Assembly (NCBI GenBank): GCA_016931115.1 | Contig: JAFGFM010000037.1 | Coordinates: 27-64,026, forward strand | Source: Deltaproteobacteria bacterium | GTDB lineage: Bacteria > Desulfobacterota > DSM-4660 > Desulfatiglandales > HGW-15 | Direction: 5' to 3' | DNA length: 64,000 nt | Shown here: in pieces, positions 19,009 to 28,574 of the stretch | How the letters are laid out: every line of letters starts with the position of its first letter | How positions within the stretch are numbered: position 1 is the first letter of the stretch | Program-made: the position numbers and the translations under genes | Notes under the pieces: model-generated | What the model was told of the DNA's origin: nothing | Database searches by the model: none | What the model saw: the letters and a program-made list of their open reading frames with translations, nothing else

Positions 19009-20051
19009 TTGCTACCTCCTGTGGGTGATGCTGCCTTTTCCAGATTAAGGAGCGGAAGCATATTTTTCTGCTGTGCATCCAGTATGTATTTATTACCCAG
19101 CTTGGGGAAAACATCCTTCAATGCCTCAAGATAGAGCCTTCTCTTGGTTACATCCTTTGCCTTTGAGTACTCTTCATAGAGTGCGATGAACCTCAGTGCA
19201 TCACCCTGTGCCCTGTTTACACGATCAAGGGCATAACCTTCTGCTTCACGAATTGTTTTTTCTGCCTGCCCTTTTGCCTGGGGGATAATCTTATTGCGTT
19301 GTTCATTTGCCTCATAGATCATCCTCTCCTTTTCCTGCTGGGATTGATTGACCTCGTTCCATGAGGGCTGGACAGGCTCCGGGACAGTTGTCTGCTGCAT
19401 TTCAATGGTGGTAACATTTATACCGGTTTCCGCATCATCAAGTTCAGCCTGAAGCACTAACTTGCCCTGATCAGCAATTTCACCCCTCTTGTTTATTACC
19501 TCGTTAATGCTCCTGTCTCCTACAACAAGCCTCATACTGGATTCTGAAAGGTCTCTCAGGGTGGATTTCACATTACGCACCTTGAATAGGTAGTTATATG
19601 GGTCTTTGATATTGAACTGAACAACCCAGGGCACGATCGCGACATTAAGGTCACCTGTCAGCATCAGAGATTCTTGTATTGATGAAGATACAGATGCATA
19701 TCTGGCCCTTGATCCGGCGGAGACGGGTGTCCCGAACTCCTCTGTCTGAACCTTAAGTACAGAGACCTTTGTAAGGGTCTCAATACCTGAAGGCCATTTA
19801 ATATGAGGACCGGGCATGGTTGTACGTGCATATTTTCCGAAACGCTGAATAACTCCAACCTCTTCAGGGTCAATCTTGTAGATTATATTGTAGGCAAGAA
19901 TTACAAAAATAAAAATTACTACGATTACCCATGCGCCGGGGAACCGGACATTCATATTTTTAAATTTTTCAATTACCTCATCCACCTGCGGTGGAGGCCC
20001 GCCCTGCCTGGCCTTTTTCTGCTGTTGCAGCTTTTCCCAATCCCATGCCAT
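19005..20051 (-). CDS. hflK: Protease modulator HflK (SPFH/band-7)
   Basis: 348 aa with a Pro/Gln-rich N-terminus, a TM helix and an SPFH domain, in the conserved hflK-hflC order. Confidence 0.85.
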   Translation of the reverse strand: MAWDWEKLQQQKKARQGGPPPQVDEVIEKFKNMNVRFPGAWVIVVIFIFVILAYNIIYKIDPEEVGVIQRFGKYARTTMPGPHIKWPSGIETLTKVSVLKVQTEEFGTPVSAGSRARYASVSSSIQESLMLTGDLNVAIVPWVVQFNIKDPYNYLFKVRNVKSTLRDLSESSMRLVVGDRSINEVINKRGEIADQGKLVLQAELDDAETGINVTTIEMQQTTVPEPVQPSWNEVNQSQQEKERMIYEANEQRNKIIPQAKGQAEKTIREAEGYALDRVNRAQGDALRFIALYEEYSKAKDVTKRRLYLEALKDVFPKLGNKYILDAQQKNMLPLLNLEKAASPTGGSK

Positions 20052-20344
20052 AATTTACCTCTGTATTTGATATGAAAGATATGTGGCATTCTAACGGCAG
20101 GCTTGGCTTTAGTCAAGGAGTAATGGGGGCAATGATCCTTCCATTGTACGAATATCATTAATTTCCTTGTTAAATTTTAGTGCAAATAAGAAATAGGCGC
20201 ATGGCTCAAGGTGCAAGGTGCAAAGAAAAAACGCCTTCGCTTGTAACTATGGCGGGACACGAGGCGCTGGATAAAAATAAAATACTTGATTTATCAAACC
20301 TCAGGGATAAGATCACCCAATATTTAATAGAAATGAGAAATTAT

Positions 20345-20656
20345 ATGGCTGAAGAAAAAAAAGAATCCATGGCCTCCTTAAAGGATATATTGCAGGGGGT
20401 ATTGTCCGGTGCAAACATGAGATTTAATCCCGTTGACTCAGAGATATGGGAGATATGGGATGAGGTTGTCGGCCCGGCCATTGCAGAGCATGCAAGCCCC
20501 TCAAAAATCACAAAAAACAGACTCATTGTTCATGTCCCGGAATCAGTATGGCTTCAGGAACTTGAATATGTATCTGAGACCATAAAAGAAAAATTAAACC
20601 AGAGGCTGGGCAGAAAGGCCATTGATAAAATTATCTTCAGGCCTGGCTCTCTATAG
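20345..20656 (+). CDS. DUF721 (DciA-like) protein
   Basis: ..IWEIWDEVVGPAIAEHASPSKITKNRLIVHVPESVWLQELEY.. matches the DUF721 pattern. I prefer the ATG at 20345, because the track's upstream extension is repeat-derived. Confidence 0.65.
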   Translation: MAEEKKESMASLKDILQGVLSGANMRFNPVDSEIWEIWDEVVGPAIAEHASPSKITKNRLIVHVPESVWLQELEYVSETIKEKLNQRLGRKAIDKIIFRPGSL

Positions 20657-21365
20657 AATATGCCCCCTGGCCAAAAAGGGGAGGTAAAATCGTTAGTCCG
20701 CTGTTGCCATTGAGCCATGCCTCCATAAGCACAAGCTTTGCATTTGCCTCCATATCAGGGTAAATGACCCTGATTTTTTTCGGCTCAAACCCCGCTGCCC
20801 TTACCTTTTCTATCAGGAATGTCATCCTTTCGGCAGGATAAATGATGGAGAGCCTGCCCTTTGTTGTGAGCAGGAACCTTGCGGCCTTAATAATATCATC
20901 AATGGAGGCATATATCTCATGCCTTGCAATGGCCCTTTGTTTATCAGGATTAATCCTGCCGCTCTCCTTACGCCTGTATGGCGGGTTACACACAACAACA
21001 TTAACTGAAGATGCGGGCAGAGGCGGGTTTTTGATATCCCCCATAATAACGCTCATCCTCTTTTCAAGGCTGTTTAACCTTGAATTACGCAAGGCCTGAA
21101 AGGCAAGCTCCTTCTGTATCTCTATGCAATAGATATGCTTTACAGGTTTTGCAGCAAGCATGGAAAGCGGTATCACACCGCACCCTGTGCCGAGATCAGC
21201 CACTATGTCATTTTTTTTAATGGTGACAAAATCCGCAAGCAGAAGCGCATCAATAGAAAACCTGTACCCCTTTTTTGACTGGATTATCCTGAGCCTCCCC
21301 TCCATGAAAGGATCAATGGTTTCACCGGGGAGAGGCACTATTTCATTGAATGCAGATTCTGTCAT
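20637..21365 (-). CDS. SAM-dependent methyltransferase, tRNA (adenine-N6) YfiC/TrmN6-like
   Basis: SAM motif DLGTGCGVI and catalytic motif NPPY (CNPPYRR). Confidence 0.65.
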   Translation of the reverse strand: MTESAFNEIVPLPGETIDPFMEGRLRIIQSKKGYRFSIDALLLADFVTIKKNDIVADLGTGCGVIPLSMLAAKPVKHIYCIEIQKELAFQALRNSRLNSLEKRMSVIMGDIKNPPLPASSVNVVVCNPPYRRKESGRINPDKQRAIARHEIYASIDDIIKAARFLLTTKGRLSIIYPAERMTFLIEKVRAAGFEPKKIRVIYPDMEANAKLVLMEAWLNGNSGLTILPPLFGQGAYSIESQA

Positions 21366-22695
21366 CAGGGTCTATCTTGTTTAGAACCATGCCTGTCAGC
21401 ACCTTTGGATAAAAATAGGTGGATTTTCTGGGCATTACCTGTGAGGCACTGGCTATCTCCTGTACCTGCCCTATCTTTGTAGGGTTGATCAGAAAGGCAA
21501 TATCGTATTCCCCTGAGTCAACAGAGGATATTGTGGATGCAATATTGCTGTCATAATGAAACAGGCTGTCATTATCCATATCGGCCTTCGTAAACTCCAT
21601 CACCTTCTCAAGGATCAGCCTTGAGAGGATGATTACATCAAGCTTTTTTAACGATGGGTGGAGGTCATTTAAAAGTTCATCTGCAACCCCATTTTTTAAA
21701 CCCATGAGATAGAAATTTTGCTCTTTTTTGGAGTAAAAGATAAATGAAGGGGTTTTGAGCCCATTTTGGGCCAGTGCATTTTTAAGCCCAATGGCAAATT
21801 CCAGTTCGTTTGATCTATCTGTTTTGAGCTTTTCAATGTTGAAACAGGGCTCGGCCTTTTCAAGAAAGAGGGCCGGGTCAAAAGATCTATCCATTTTTAT
21901 AAGACGGTGTGATGGAAGTATGGTCAGCCCATCCTCTCCCATATCTGTAAGATACATCATTACATACTCATATGATTTTTCAGGGCCGGCCCCATGTTTT
22001 CCCCTCATGTAGTTGCGGAAATTCCTGGAGGTTTCATACCTGTGATGTCCGTCTGCTATAAATATAGGCTTTTTAGCCATGAACCCTTTTACCTTTGATA
22101 TGGCTTCAGGGTCTGTGATGCACCACATTTTATGCCCTGTGCCATCCGTGAATGTAAATGAGACATCAGGGGTGGCCTTTGTAAATTTTCTCAAGGTGTC
22201 AAGTATTCCACTCCCTGCATCATCATAGAGCCCGAAGACCTGGCTCAACTGTGTGGAGCATGCCTTTAAGAGCTTCAGCCGGTCATCCTTGTGTGCAGAA
22301 AAGGTCTTTTCATGGGGGAGTATCACGCCTGAACCCTCTTCTTCAATCTTAATAAGAGACATAAACCCCCACCTGACCTTTGTGCCTGATCCATCGCCAG
22401 GGTCATATGAATGGGATGTGAGATAAAGGGTATCCTGTTTTGCCCTGGTTAGAATATCATCCGTCTCCCACTCTTTCAGGTAGTTAGCCGCCCTGGTATA
22501 CCTGTTATCACTATCATTATCGCCGGCCATTTTTTTCCCCAGCTCCAGCCTGATAATGTTATTCGGGTGGGTATTGTAATACGAATCCTGTTCTTTTTCG
22601 GAAATTATGTCATAGGGCGGGGTAATGATCTGCGACAGGTTTGTTATCTTTTTAAAATTATATGTCAAACCTCTGAAGGGTACTATTATTGCCAT
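21343..22695 (-). CDS. DUF1015 family protein
   Basis: The N-terminus MAIIVPFRGLTYN...ITPPYDIIS is the DUF1015 signature. I chose the start at ATG 22695 on that basis. Confidence 0.7.
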   Translation of the reverse strand: MAIIVPFRGLTYNFKKITNLSQIITPPYDIISEKEQDSYYNTHPNNIIRLELGKKMAGDNDSDNRYTRAANYLKEWETDDILTRAKQDTLYLTSHSYDPGDGSGTKVRWGFMSLIKIEEEGSGVILPHEKTFSAHKDDRLKLLKACSTQLSQVFGLYDDAGSGILDTLRKFTKATPDVSFTFTDGTGHKMWCITDPEAISKVKGFMAKKPIFIADGHHRYETSRNFRNYMRGKHGAGPEKSYEYVMMYLTDMGEDGLTILPSHRLIKMDRSFDPALFLEKAEPCFNIEKLKTDRSNELEFAIGLKNALAQNGLKTPSFIFYSKKEQNFYLMGLKNGVADELLNDLHPSLKKLDVIILSRLILEKVMEFTKADMDNDSLFHYDSNIASTISSVDSGEYDIAFLINPTKIGQVQEIASASQVMPRKSTYFYPKVLTGMVLNKIDPDDRICIQ

Positions 22696-23006
22696 TTGCT
22701 TATGAAGCCTCCGATTATCCTGAATTTTTGTGCTATTTCCTACCAGATAATGGGGTCTTGTCAATCAAAAACAATGCTCAGATAAATTTTGACACAGGCA
22801 GTAAATCATCTCCAGGGTCAAAATGGAACTGATTTGACATTTATTCTAAAATCTGCGATTAATGGCCCCCGATTGATAGATTAAAACAGTTATGAGGAAT
22901 ATTACCAATTAAATCTCTATTCAATTTCATTAGTTATCAACTGGTACTTACTGGTTTCCAGTCAAGTTGATTCAACAATAAACATAATTCATAATAAAAA
23001 GGCAAT

Positions 23007-24383
23007 ATGACCAGAAATAAAAAAATTGTATATTACCTGACCTTAATACCCCTTATATTGATTATCATTCTCTTTTCATGGCTCTTTACCGTGATATTTG
23101 AAGGGGAGCAACCCTCTGTTACAGTGAGCCCCCTTCCACAATACCTTTCCCAGAAACAGGTCTTTCAGTTGGATATAGAGGACACAAAAAGGGGTATCAG
23201 GGCGCTCAAGGTATCCTACAGCCAGGGCAGCAGCGAAGTTATACTGCTTGAGATGAGATTCCCTTTTGAAGGGCTCATGAATGAAAACGGCATCAGGAAG
23301 TTTAACAAGACCTTTGAACTTGATCCGGTTCAGCTCAGGCTTGCTCAGGGCAGGCTTGATCTTACCATACAGGTTTGGGATTACAGCCGTAGAAATGGCG
23401 GTGATGGCAACATGCATCTCATTAAACATTCCATGATAATAGATTCAATCCCGCCGGCAGTCAGGGCGCTCAGCAGAATGCACAATGTAAATATCGGCGG
23501 AACAGGTCTTGTAATATACAGTACCTCTTCTGACACAGTTGAGAGCGGTCTGTATGTTAATAATCTCTTTTTTAAGGGTTTTCCTGCTGGGGCAGAGGCT
23601 AAGGATGGCACAAGCCTTGTCTATTTCGCCCTCCCCTTTGACACTGGAACTGACCCTGAAATCTATTTATGGGCAAAAGACAGGGCAGGCAATACTGCAC
23701 GGGCCACATTCTATTATAAAATCCTGCCTAAAAAATTCCGGAATGATAAACTGAACCTTAGCGACAGTTTTTTTAAGCGTGTCCTGCCATATTTTGATTA
23801 CTTTGGTCTTGACCCTGCATTGAGCGACAAGGATAAGTATCTGAAGATAAACAGGGAGTTAAGGGTAAAAGACAATAACACCATATATGAGGCGGTAAAA
23901 AACACAAGCCCGGTTAAGCTATGGGATGATGTCTGGCTCAGGATGAAAAATGCAGGTGAGATGGCAAAATTTGCTGACCATAGAAGCTATTTTTATAATG
24001 GTGAAAAGATTGATGAACAGTTCCATATGGGTATTGACCTTGCATCATTAGCTAATTCCCCGATCGAGGCAGCAAACAGCGGGACAGTAATCCTTGCCGA
24101 AAGAAACGGCATTTACGGCCTTACAGTTATACTGGATCACGGACAGGGCATTGCCTCATTATACGGGCACCTTGACAGTATTGATGTAAAGGTGGGTGAC
24201 ACTGTAAAGAGGGGAGATGTTCTTGGTGTTTCTGGCCAGACAGGGCTCGCTGGAGGCGATCACCTCCATTTCAGTGTGCTTGTACATGGTATTTTTGTAA
24301 ACCCTGTTGAGTGGTGGGACCCCCACTGGATAAAGGATAATGTAACCCTGAAGCTTGACCTTATAAAAGAGGGGCAGCGATAA
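23007..24383 (+). CDS. M23-family metallopeptidase (membrane anchored)
   Basis: N-terminal TM helix. The C-terminal LytM domain has HMGIDLA (HxxxD) and GDHLHFSV (HxH). Confidence 0.85.
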   Translation: MTRNKKIVYYLTLIPLILIIILFSWLFTVIFEGEQPSVTVSPLPQYLSQKQVFQLDIEDTKRGIRALKVSYSQGSSEVILLEMRFPFEGLMNENGIRKFNKTFELDPVQLRLAQGRLDLTIQVWDYSRRNGGDGNMHLIKHSMIIDSIPPAVRALSRMHNVNIGGTGLVIYSTSSDTVESGLYVNNLFFKGFPAGAEAKDGTSLVYFALPFDTGTDPEIYLWAKDRAGNTARATFYYKILPKKFRNDKLNLSDSFFKRVLPYFDYFGLDPALSDKDKYLKINRELRVKDNNTIYEAVKNTSPVKLWDDVWLRMKNAGEMAKFADHRSYFYNGEKIDEQFHMGIDLASLANSPIEAANSGTVILAERNGIYGLTVILDHGQGIASLYGHLDSIDVKVGDTVKRGDVLGVSGQTGLAGGDHLHFSVLVHGIFVNPVEWWDPHWIKDNVTLKLDLIKEGQR

Positions 24384-24460
24384 CGGGTTAAAACCTTTAA
24401 TATTCAGGCTATCAGGTAGAATAGAATCATGATCCTAATGTATAGAGATTTACAGGTATC

Positions 24461-25660
24461 TTGAATACGGAATCCCCCCTTTCAAAGCGTATAAAGAGGC
24501 ATATCATAGGGCCAAGTCACCTGTTTTTTGCCTCCACACCCCCTGGTTTTGAGGCGCTGTGCAGAGATGAGCTGATGCGGCTCCCCATTGATAAAAACAG
24601 CATAAAGACCATTGAGGGAGGTGTGGAATTCAGGGGCAAGCTTATTGACTGCTACCTTGCCAACCTGCATCTCAGGACCTGTAACCGTGTGCTTTTCCGC
24701 ATGGCCGAATTTAATGCCCCGAATTTCAGAAGGCTTGAAAAAAATCTCATGGATATTCCGTGGGAGCTTTATATAAAGGCAGAAAGTAAACCCTCTGTAA
24801 CTGTTACGGCAAGACACTCCCGGATCTATCACAGTGATGCAATCGCGGAACGGGTAATAGAGAGTATCAACAGCCGGAAAAAGGCCGTACCATTTGTTAC
24901 AGATGGAGATGGGGCCCCTGCAGCTCAGGATATTTTCATACGCTCTGTAGATGATCACATGACCATCTCCCTGGATTCAAGCGGTGATATCCTTTATAAA
25001 CGCGGTGTCAAACAGCACACAGGCAAGGCACCTATGCGCGAGACCATTGCAGCCGCAGCGCTTATAAGGGCTGGCTACAACGGGGAAGATATCCTGTTTG
25101 ACCCGATGTGCGGCACAGGGACATTTTCCATTGAGGCTGCCATGATGAGTAGATGCATACCGCCAGGATGGTACAGGGAATTTTCTTTTATGTCATGGCC
25201 CGGATTCAGGCCCGCCCAGTGGGCACATATTAAGAAGCAGGCGGAAAAGGAGATCAGACCCGCATATGATATGCAGCGCATACTGGCAAATGATAAAGAC
25301 CCGGGAATGTGTGAGGCACTGTCTGAAACCCTTATAGAATATGGTCTTGAAACATCAATCAGGGCTATTAATATGGATTTTTTTGAGCTTACCCCTTCTG
25401 ATATCTATATTTATACAGGGATAAACCGGCCCGGGCTGATAATAATCAACCCCCCATATGGTATCCGCCTCGGGACAAGAAAGGGGGGCATAGAGATCGC
25501 TTCCCTCATCCTGAAACAACTTGAGCAGCATTATAAAGGGTGGCGATTTGCCCTGTTTTCGCCCGAAAAAAGGGGGTTTGAGCGCACAAAATTAAGGGGA
25601 AACAAGACAATTATCGATCACGGGGGGCTTAAACTGGTGCTTTTTACAGGTGTGGTTTAA
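24461..25660 (+). CDS. THUMP-domain class I SAM-dependent RNA methyltransferase (RlmL/COG0116-like)
   Basis: THUMP-like N-terminus, DPMCGTGTF SAM motif and NPPYG catalytic motif. TTG start as in the track. Confidence 0.75.
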   Translation: MNTESPLSKRIKRHIIGPSHLFFASTPPGFEALCRDELMRLPIDKNSIKTIEGGVEFRGKLIDCYLANLHLRTCNRVLFRMAEFNAPNFRRLEKNLMDIPWELYIKAESKPSVTVTARHSRIYHSDAIAERVIESINSRKKAVPFVTDGDGAPAAQDIFIRSVDDHMTISLDSSGDILYKRGVKQHTGKAPMRETIAAAALIRAGYNGEDILFDPMCGTGTFSIEAAMMSRCIPPGWYREFSFMSWPGFRPAQWAHIKKQAEKEIRPAYDMQRILANDKDPGMCEALSETLIEYGLETSIRAINMDFFELTPSDIYIYTGINRPGLIIINPPYGIRLGTRKGGIEIASLILKQLEQHYKGWRFALFSPEKRGFERTKLRGNKTIIDHGGLKLVLFTGVV

Positions 25661-25829
25661 GGTGAGACTGCAACATTTTGCATAAATTTTATGATCTACC
25701 TACAATATATGGTATTTTCTCTTGACATCCTATTTCCTGTTATAGTAAAAAGTTTATCATTATAGTGTAAGTATGCATAATTAATTATCCTAATCCAAAT
25801 TTGTTAAAATAATATTACAGGGGTAGAAA

Positions 25830-26012
25830 ATGTACGTTTATGTAGTTTGTTCATGGTGCAACAAAGTGCTTCGTACAAAATCTCTCGGCAGGCCTGGCGG
25901 CATAAAAACAGGGGTTACTCACACTATCTGTAACAGCTGCAAGGAAGAGGTAATGAGAGAGTATATAATGAGCCTTAAACAGATAAGGCCGGAGCAGAGA
26001 CAGAGCCTCTGA
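25830..26012 (+). CDS. Small zinc-ribbon protein (hypothetical)
   Basis: 60 aa with two Cys pairs (CSWC ... THTICNSC). It lies in AT-rich surroundings with no other support. Confidence 0.4.
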   Translation: MYVYVVCSWCNKVLRTKSLGRPGGIKTGVTHTICNSCKEEVMREYIMSLKQIRPEQRQSL

Positions 26013-26065
26013 TCTTTGGGTTTTTCTCCCTGCCGCATAAACAGTTCTTTATTTAAGAAGCTGTA

Positions 26066-26094
26066 TTGACCCTTTTTTCTTAAAATGTTAGTTA
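26066..26094 (+). promoter_or_regulatory. Candidate tRNA promoter (TTGACC-17-TAGTTA)
   Basis: The -35 box is at 26066-26071 and the -10 box at 26089-26094, 12 nt before the tRNA 5' end. Confidence 0.4.
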
Positions 26095-26105
26095 AAGAGC
26101 CTTTC

Positions 26106-26179
26106 GGGCGATTAGCTCAGATGGATAGAGCGCTGGCCTCCGGAGCCAAAGGCCGTGGGTTCGAATCCCGCATCGCCCA
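26106..26179 (+). tRNA. tRNA-Arg (anticodon CCG)
   Basis: I folded it by hand as a 74-nt cloverleaf. Acceptor GGGCGAT/ATCGCCC, D arm GCTC..GAGC, anticodon loop CTCCGGA (CCG), T arm GTGGG-TTCGAAT-CCCGC, discriminator A. No CCA is encoded. Confidence 0.9.
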
Positions 26180-26434
26180 TACCTTTTTAAAAATAACAGG
26201 CGTGGCCTCGGGGTCATCTGCGGCAAAGGGCCAGTAATTTTTAAACATATTATATGTTGTTTTTCCCAGCAACAGTGTATCTGAAGAGCGTAATCGTTCT
26301 GCATTATAATTATCAAAGCTTTCATCAGATGGATATGCAACCCTGCGGTAATCAAACAATGCCATAATATTTTTGTCAGCCCCTTCATAGAATCCATCCA
26401 GCGATATTATGTTACAGACAATTATTTTTCGCAT
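26180..26434 (-). pseudogene. 5' fragment of a RibD_C / dihydrofolate-reductase-family gene, truncated at the tRNA
   Basis: MRKIIVCNIISLDGFYEG...DTLLLGKTTYNMFKNYWP.. matches the first ~85 residues of ~180-aa RibD_C proteins. The rest of the track ORF (26117-26179) is antisense translation of the tRNA. Confidence 0.65.
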
Positions 26435-26453
26435 TGTTTTCTCCTTAAGAGAC

Positions 26454-26509
26454 TATAACCATTAACAGCCTTTATCTTACGGTGGCCATTAATTTAAAGC
26501 CACTTATAA
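26454..26509 (-). repeat. attC-like imperfect palindrome (candidate E1)
   Basis: Read on the minus strand it ends in GGTTATAG, 20 nt before ATG 26434. It has an inner stem GTGGC/GCCAC and overlaps the last codons of the upstream ORF. This is the weakest of the set. Confidence 0.2.
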
Positions 26510-26883
26510 CTTAAATCCAAATGATAGCTCCATTCCCCCTCACCAAGGGCTTCAATCACAATTCCTGGTTTTGACCAAGCACCATTTTCACTGACATAGC
26601 AAGATTGATATATAACTTTGCAGTTAATAAAACGACTTGAAACAATATTAACTGTGACATTACAGCTCTTTCCATTCTTTGATTTATATTGGTATACATG
26701 ATTCGAATGAAGCCAATCTCCACTACCATCATTGCGATAGTCTGTATCAGTAATAATTTTTCTACATTCTAAACCACTTGCACAGCTACAAGAATCTTCA
26801 CTTGTTAAAACTTTTGATAAAACATATGTAGAAAAACACAAGCCCATAAATATAAAGAATAGGATAAATTTAACTCGTTTCAT
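26494..26883 (-). CDS. Secreted Cys-rich protein (hypothetical)
   Basis: 129 aa with a clear signal peptide (MKRVKFILFFIFMGLCFSTYVLS) and 8 Cys in the mature part. SD AAGGAG upstream. Confidence 0.6.
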   Translation of the reverse strand: MKRVKFILFFIFMGLCFSTYVLSKVLTSEDSCSCASGLECRKIITDTDYRNDGSGDWLHSNHVYQYKSKNGKSCNVTVNIVSSRFINCKVIYQSCYVSENGAWSKPGIVIEALGEGEWSYHLDLSYKWL

Positions 26884-26958
26884 TGCTATCTCCTTTTTAA
26901 AATGGATTGTTCAGGAGTCTCCATATAAAAATAATATTGCGCTCAAAACCTTTCTAAT

Positions 26959-27044
26959 ATTAAACCACTTACTGCGCGGGTCGATCAGCATTACAGACCG
27001 ATCAGCTTTGTATCATCTTGTTCTTGTAGATGCAGAGGTTGTGC
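26959..27044 (-). repeat. attC-like imperfect palindrome (candidate E6)
   Basis: On the minus strand a GCACAACC box sits 13 nt after the TAA at 27058-27060. A direct repeat CGATCAGC x2 and a GGTC/GACC pair are internal, and the terminal box is GGTTTAAT. Confidence 0.25.
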
Positions 27045-27057
27045 AATATTCCTTACA

Positions 27058-27606
27058 TTAACGCTTATTTGGTAATACATAGTTCAACTCATTTTTTGGC
27101 AACCCTTTAACAATATGACGGAGAGGCATACCATAAAGATCTGCAAAAACCTGAAATGCCTCACCGGCTATTGAGCATTTTCTTGTTGACCAGCCAATCG
27201 CTACCCGTTCATATAGTTATGAAACATTAGGATTCATACCTTCACCCATAGCGTATGACCCACCGCTTTTTCTTATTTGAGAGCATAATTCCACCACAAT
27301 CGCCGCAGCTACACCACTGCCACGATATTCCGGCTTCACGTATAACCACTCAAGAACACCACCAAACTGGCCCCAAAACATATCATATTGACGCGTCCAT
27401 TGTCCCATCCCCAGAATAACGCTTTTTCTTTCAGCGATATATAGATGTGCTATAGGAGCCCCGTTAAAATAAGCCTGCTTGAGAGATGATTTATGCCGCT
27501 TCCAGTTTTCTGCAGGATGCCCCTTAACTAATTCATCAATCATACCAGCAATTTCATCAATATCAGATTCAACTGCAACCCTTACAACTAATTTATTTTC
27601 AGACAT
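27058..27606 (-). pseudogene. GNAT N-acetyltransferase interrupted by an in-frame TAA
   Basis: The track ORF (27217-27606, 129 aa) stops inside the C-terminal GNAT motif (..NPNVS*LYERVAIGW..). The same frame stays open for 52 more codons to the TAA at 27058-27060. Confidence 0.6.
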
Positions 27607-27719
27607 TTAATCTCCAATAATTTATGTATCTAATGGATATATTGTTATCCTAATACTGTTTTAATTTTATAAAGCCTTTCTAATATTTCTTCTGAAAGAT
27701 CATATGAAACAGCACTTGG

Positions 27720-27998
27720 TTACTTCCCACTATTGAAACCAATGTCAGCGATTCGTTTATCAGTTTGTAAATAAAGGTTTAGAAATTTTGGAGCAAGATT
27801 CTCGATTAATTCACAAAAATGTCTAATTGTATCTTCTGGCCTATCATAATGGCCTGGGCCGCTAAGTGAAACCCGGTATTTATTTTCAACCCATCGGTTG
27901 AGCTGAAGGACCATCTCCTTTTTCAATTCCTTTACCAGTTCAGTTAGGTCTTCGCTGGATTCAATTTCAAAATCTGTTGTTATGTATTCAATATCCAT
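27720..27998 (-). CDS. Hypothetical 92-aa acidic protein
   Basis: Intact ORF co-oriented with its neighbours. I recognise no family. Confidence 0.45.
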   Translation of the reverse strand: MDIEYITTDFEIESSEDLTELVKELKKEMVLQLNRWVENKYRVSLSGPGHYDRPEDTIRHFCELIENLAPKFLNLYLQTDKRIADIGFNSGK

Positions 27999-28028
27999 TT
28001 TAAAATTACCGATGCGGATCAGGCGCAG

Positions 28029-28514
28029 CTATTTAATATTGTCCGTATCCGGCCTGTTTTGTGATTGTTTGCTCTCCGGTTTCTTGATGGTTATCGACTC
28101 GCCGTTTATTCCAGCGTAGAACACGAGAATCTCTGCTGGCTCATCACCCTCGTTCTTTCCATAATGCTATGTATCCACAACCTCAACTATTGGATCATCT
28201 GCTTTCAGATGTAACACTTGACCACTCTCCGTAGTGACAGTTAGTTGGCCTTTGAGAAGAACACCTGCATTGATAACTGGATGCGTGTGCATCGGAAGAT
28301 TACACCCATGTGGAATCGTGATTTTCAGAATCGTGACCTCTGGCGTACCTGTCTTGTATGCCGGCAACGGATTACCATTCCAGCTTTCGGTCGACTTTAC
28401 CAACTGAACTGATCGCACATCATTAACATATTTCGATGATTCGCAACCCGCAACCAGGATGATAGACAATAAACAGCATGCTAATTTCTTCATTCTCGTT
28501 TCGTCTTTACACAT
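28029..28514 (-). pseudogene. Lipoprotein cupin interrupted by an in-frame TAG
   Basis: Lipobox LVAGC and cupin motif PMHTHPVINAGVLLKGQL. The TAG at 28167-28169 lies where I expect Trp (..[24 protein letters not shown]..), and the frame continues 45 codons to the TAG at 28029-28031. Confidence 0.65.
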
Positions 28515-28517
28515 GTG

Positions 28518-28573
28518 CTGATAACCGGTTTAACAAGCTTTTTGCGAAATCCGGCTGATTATAGGGTTAGCAG
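28518..28573 (-). repeat. attC-like imperfect palindrome (candidate E2) filling a whole intergenic spacer
   Basis: The terminal boxes 28518-28526 (CTGATAACC) and 28565-28573 (GGTTAGCAG) are complementary at 8 of 9 positions, with an inner CCGG..CCGG stem. The element spans the gap between stop 28575 and start 28514. Confidence 0.35.
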
Positions 28574-28574
28574 T

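Noticed and set aside
20180-20344. The N-terminal 55-residue extension of the DUF721 ORF.
   Set aside because: The extension is translated from the CAAGGTGCAAGG repeat. The family alignment starts near the ATG at 20345.
26092-26397. Track ORF 26092-26397, and the 26117-26179 part of ORF 26117-26434.
   Set aside because: Both overlap the tRNA-Arg gene in antisense. Only the 26180-26434 segment has protein-family similarity.
27217-27998. The 92-aa ORF plus the GNAT gene as a GNAT-toxin/antitoxin (TacAT-like) pair.
   Set aside because: The 92-aa protein shows no RHH/DUF1778 features, the genes are 113 nt apart, and the GNAT gene carries a nonsense codon.
28167-28169. The in-frame TAG in the cupin gene as a pyrrolysine or programmed read-through codon.
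   Set aside because: A Trp fits the family at this position, no pyl genes or recoding signals are visible, and TAG is used as a normal stop by other genes in the window. A nonsense mutation is the simpler explanation.
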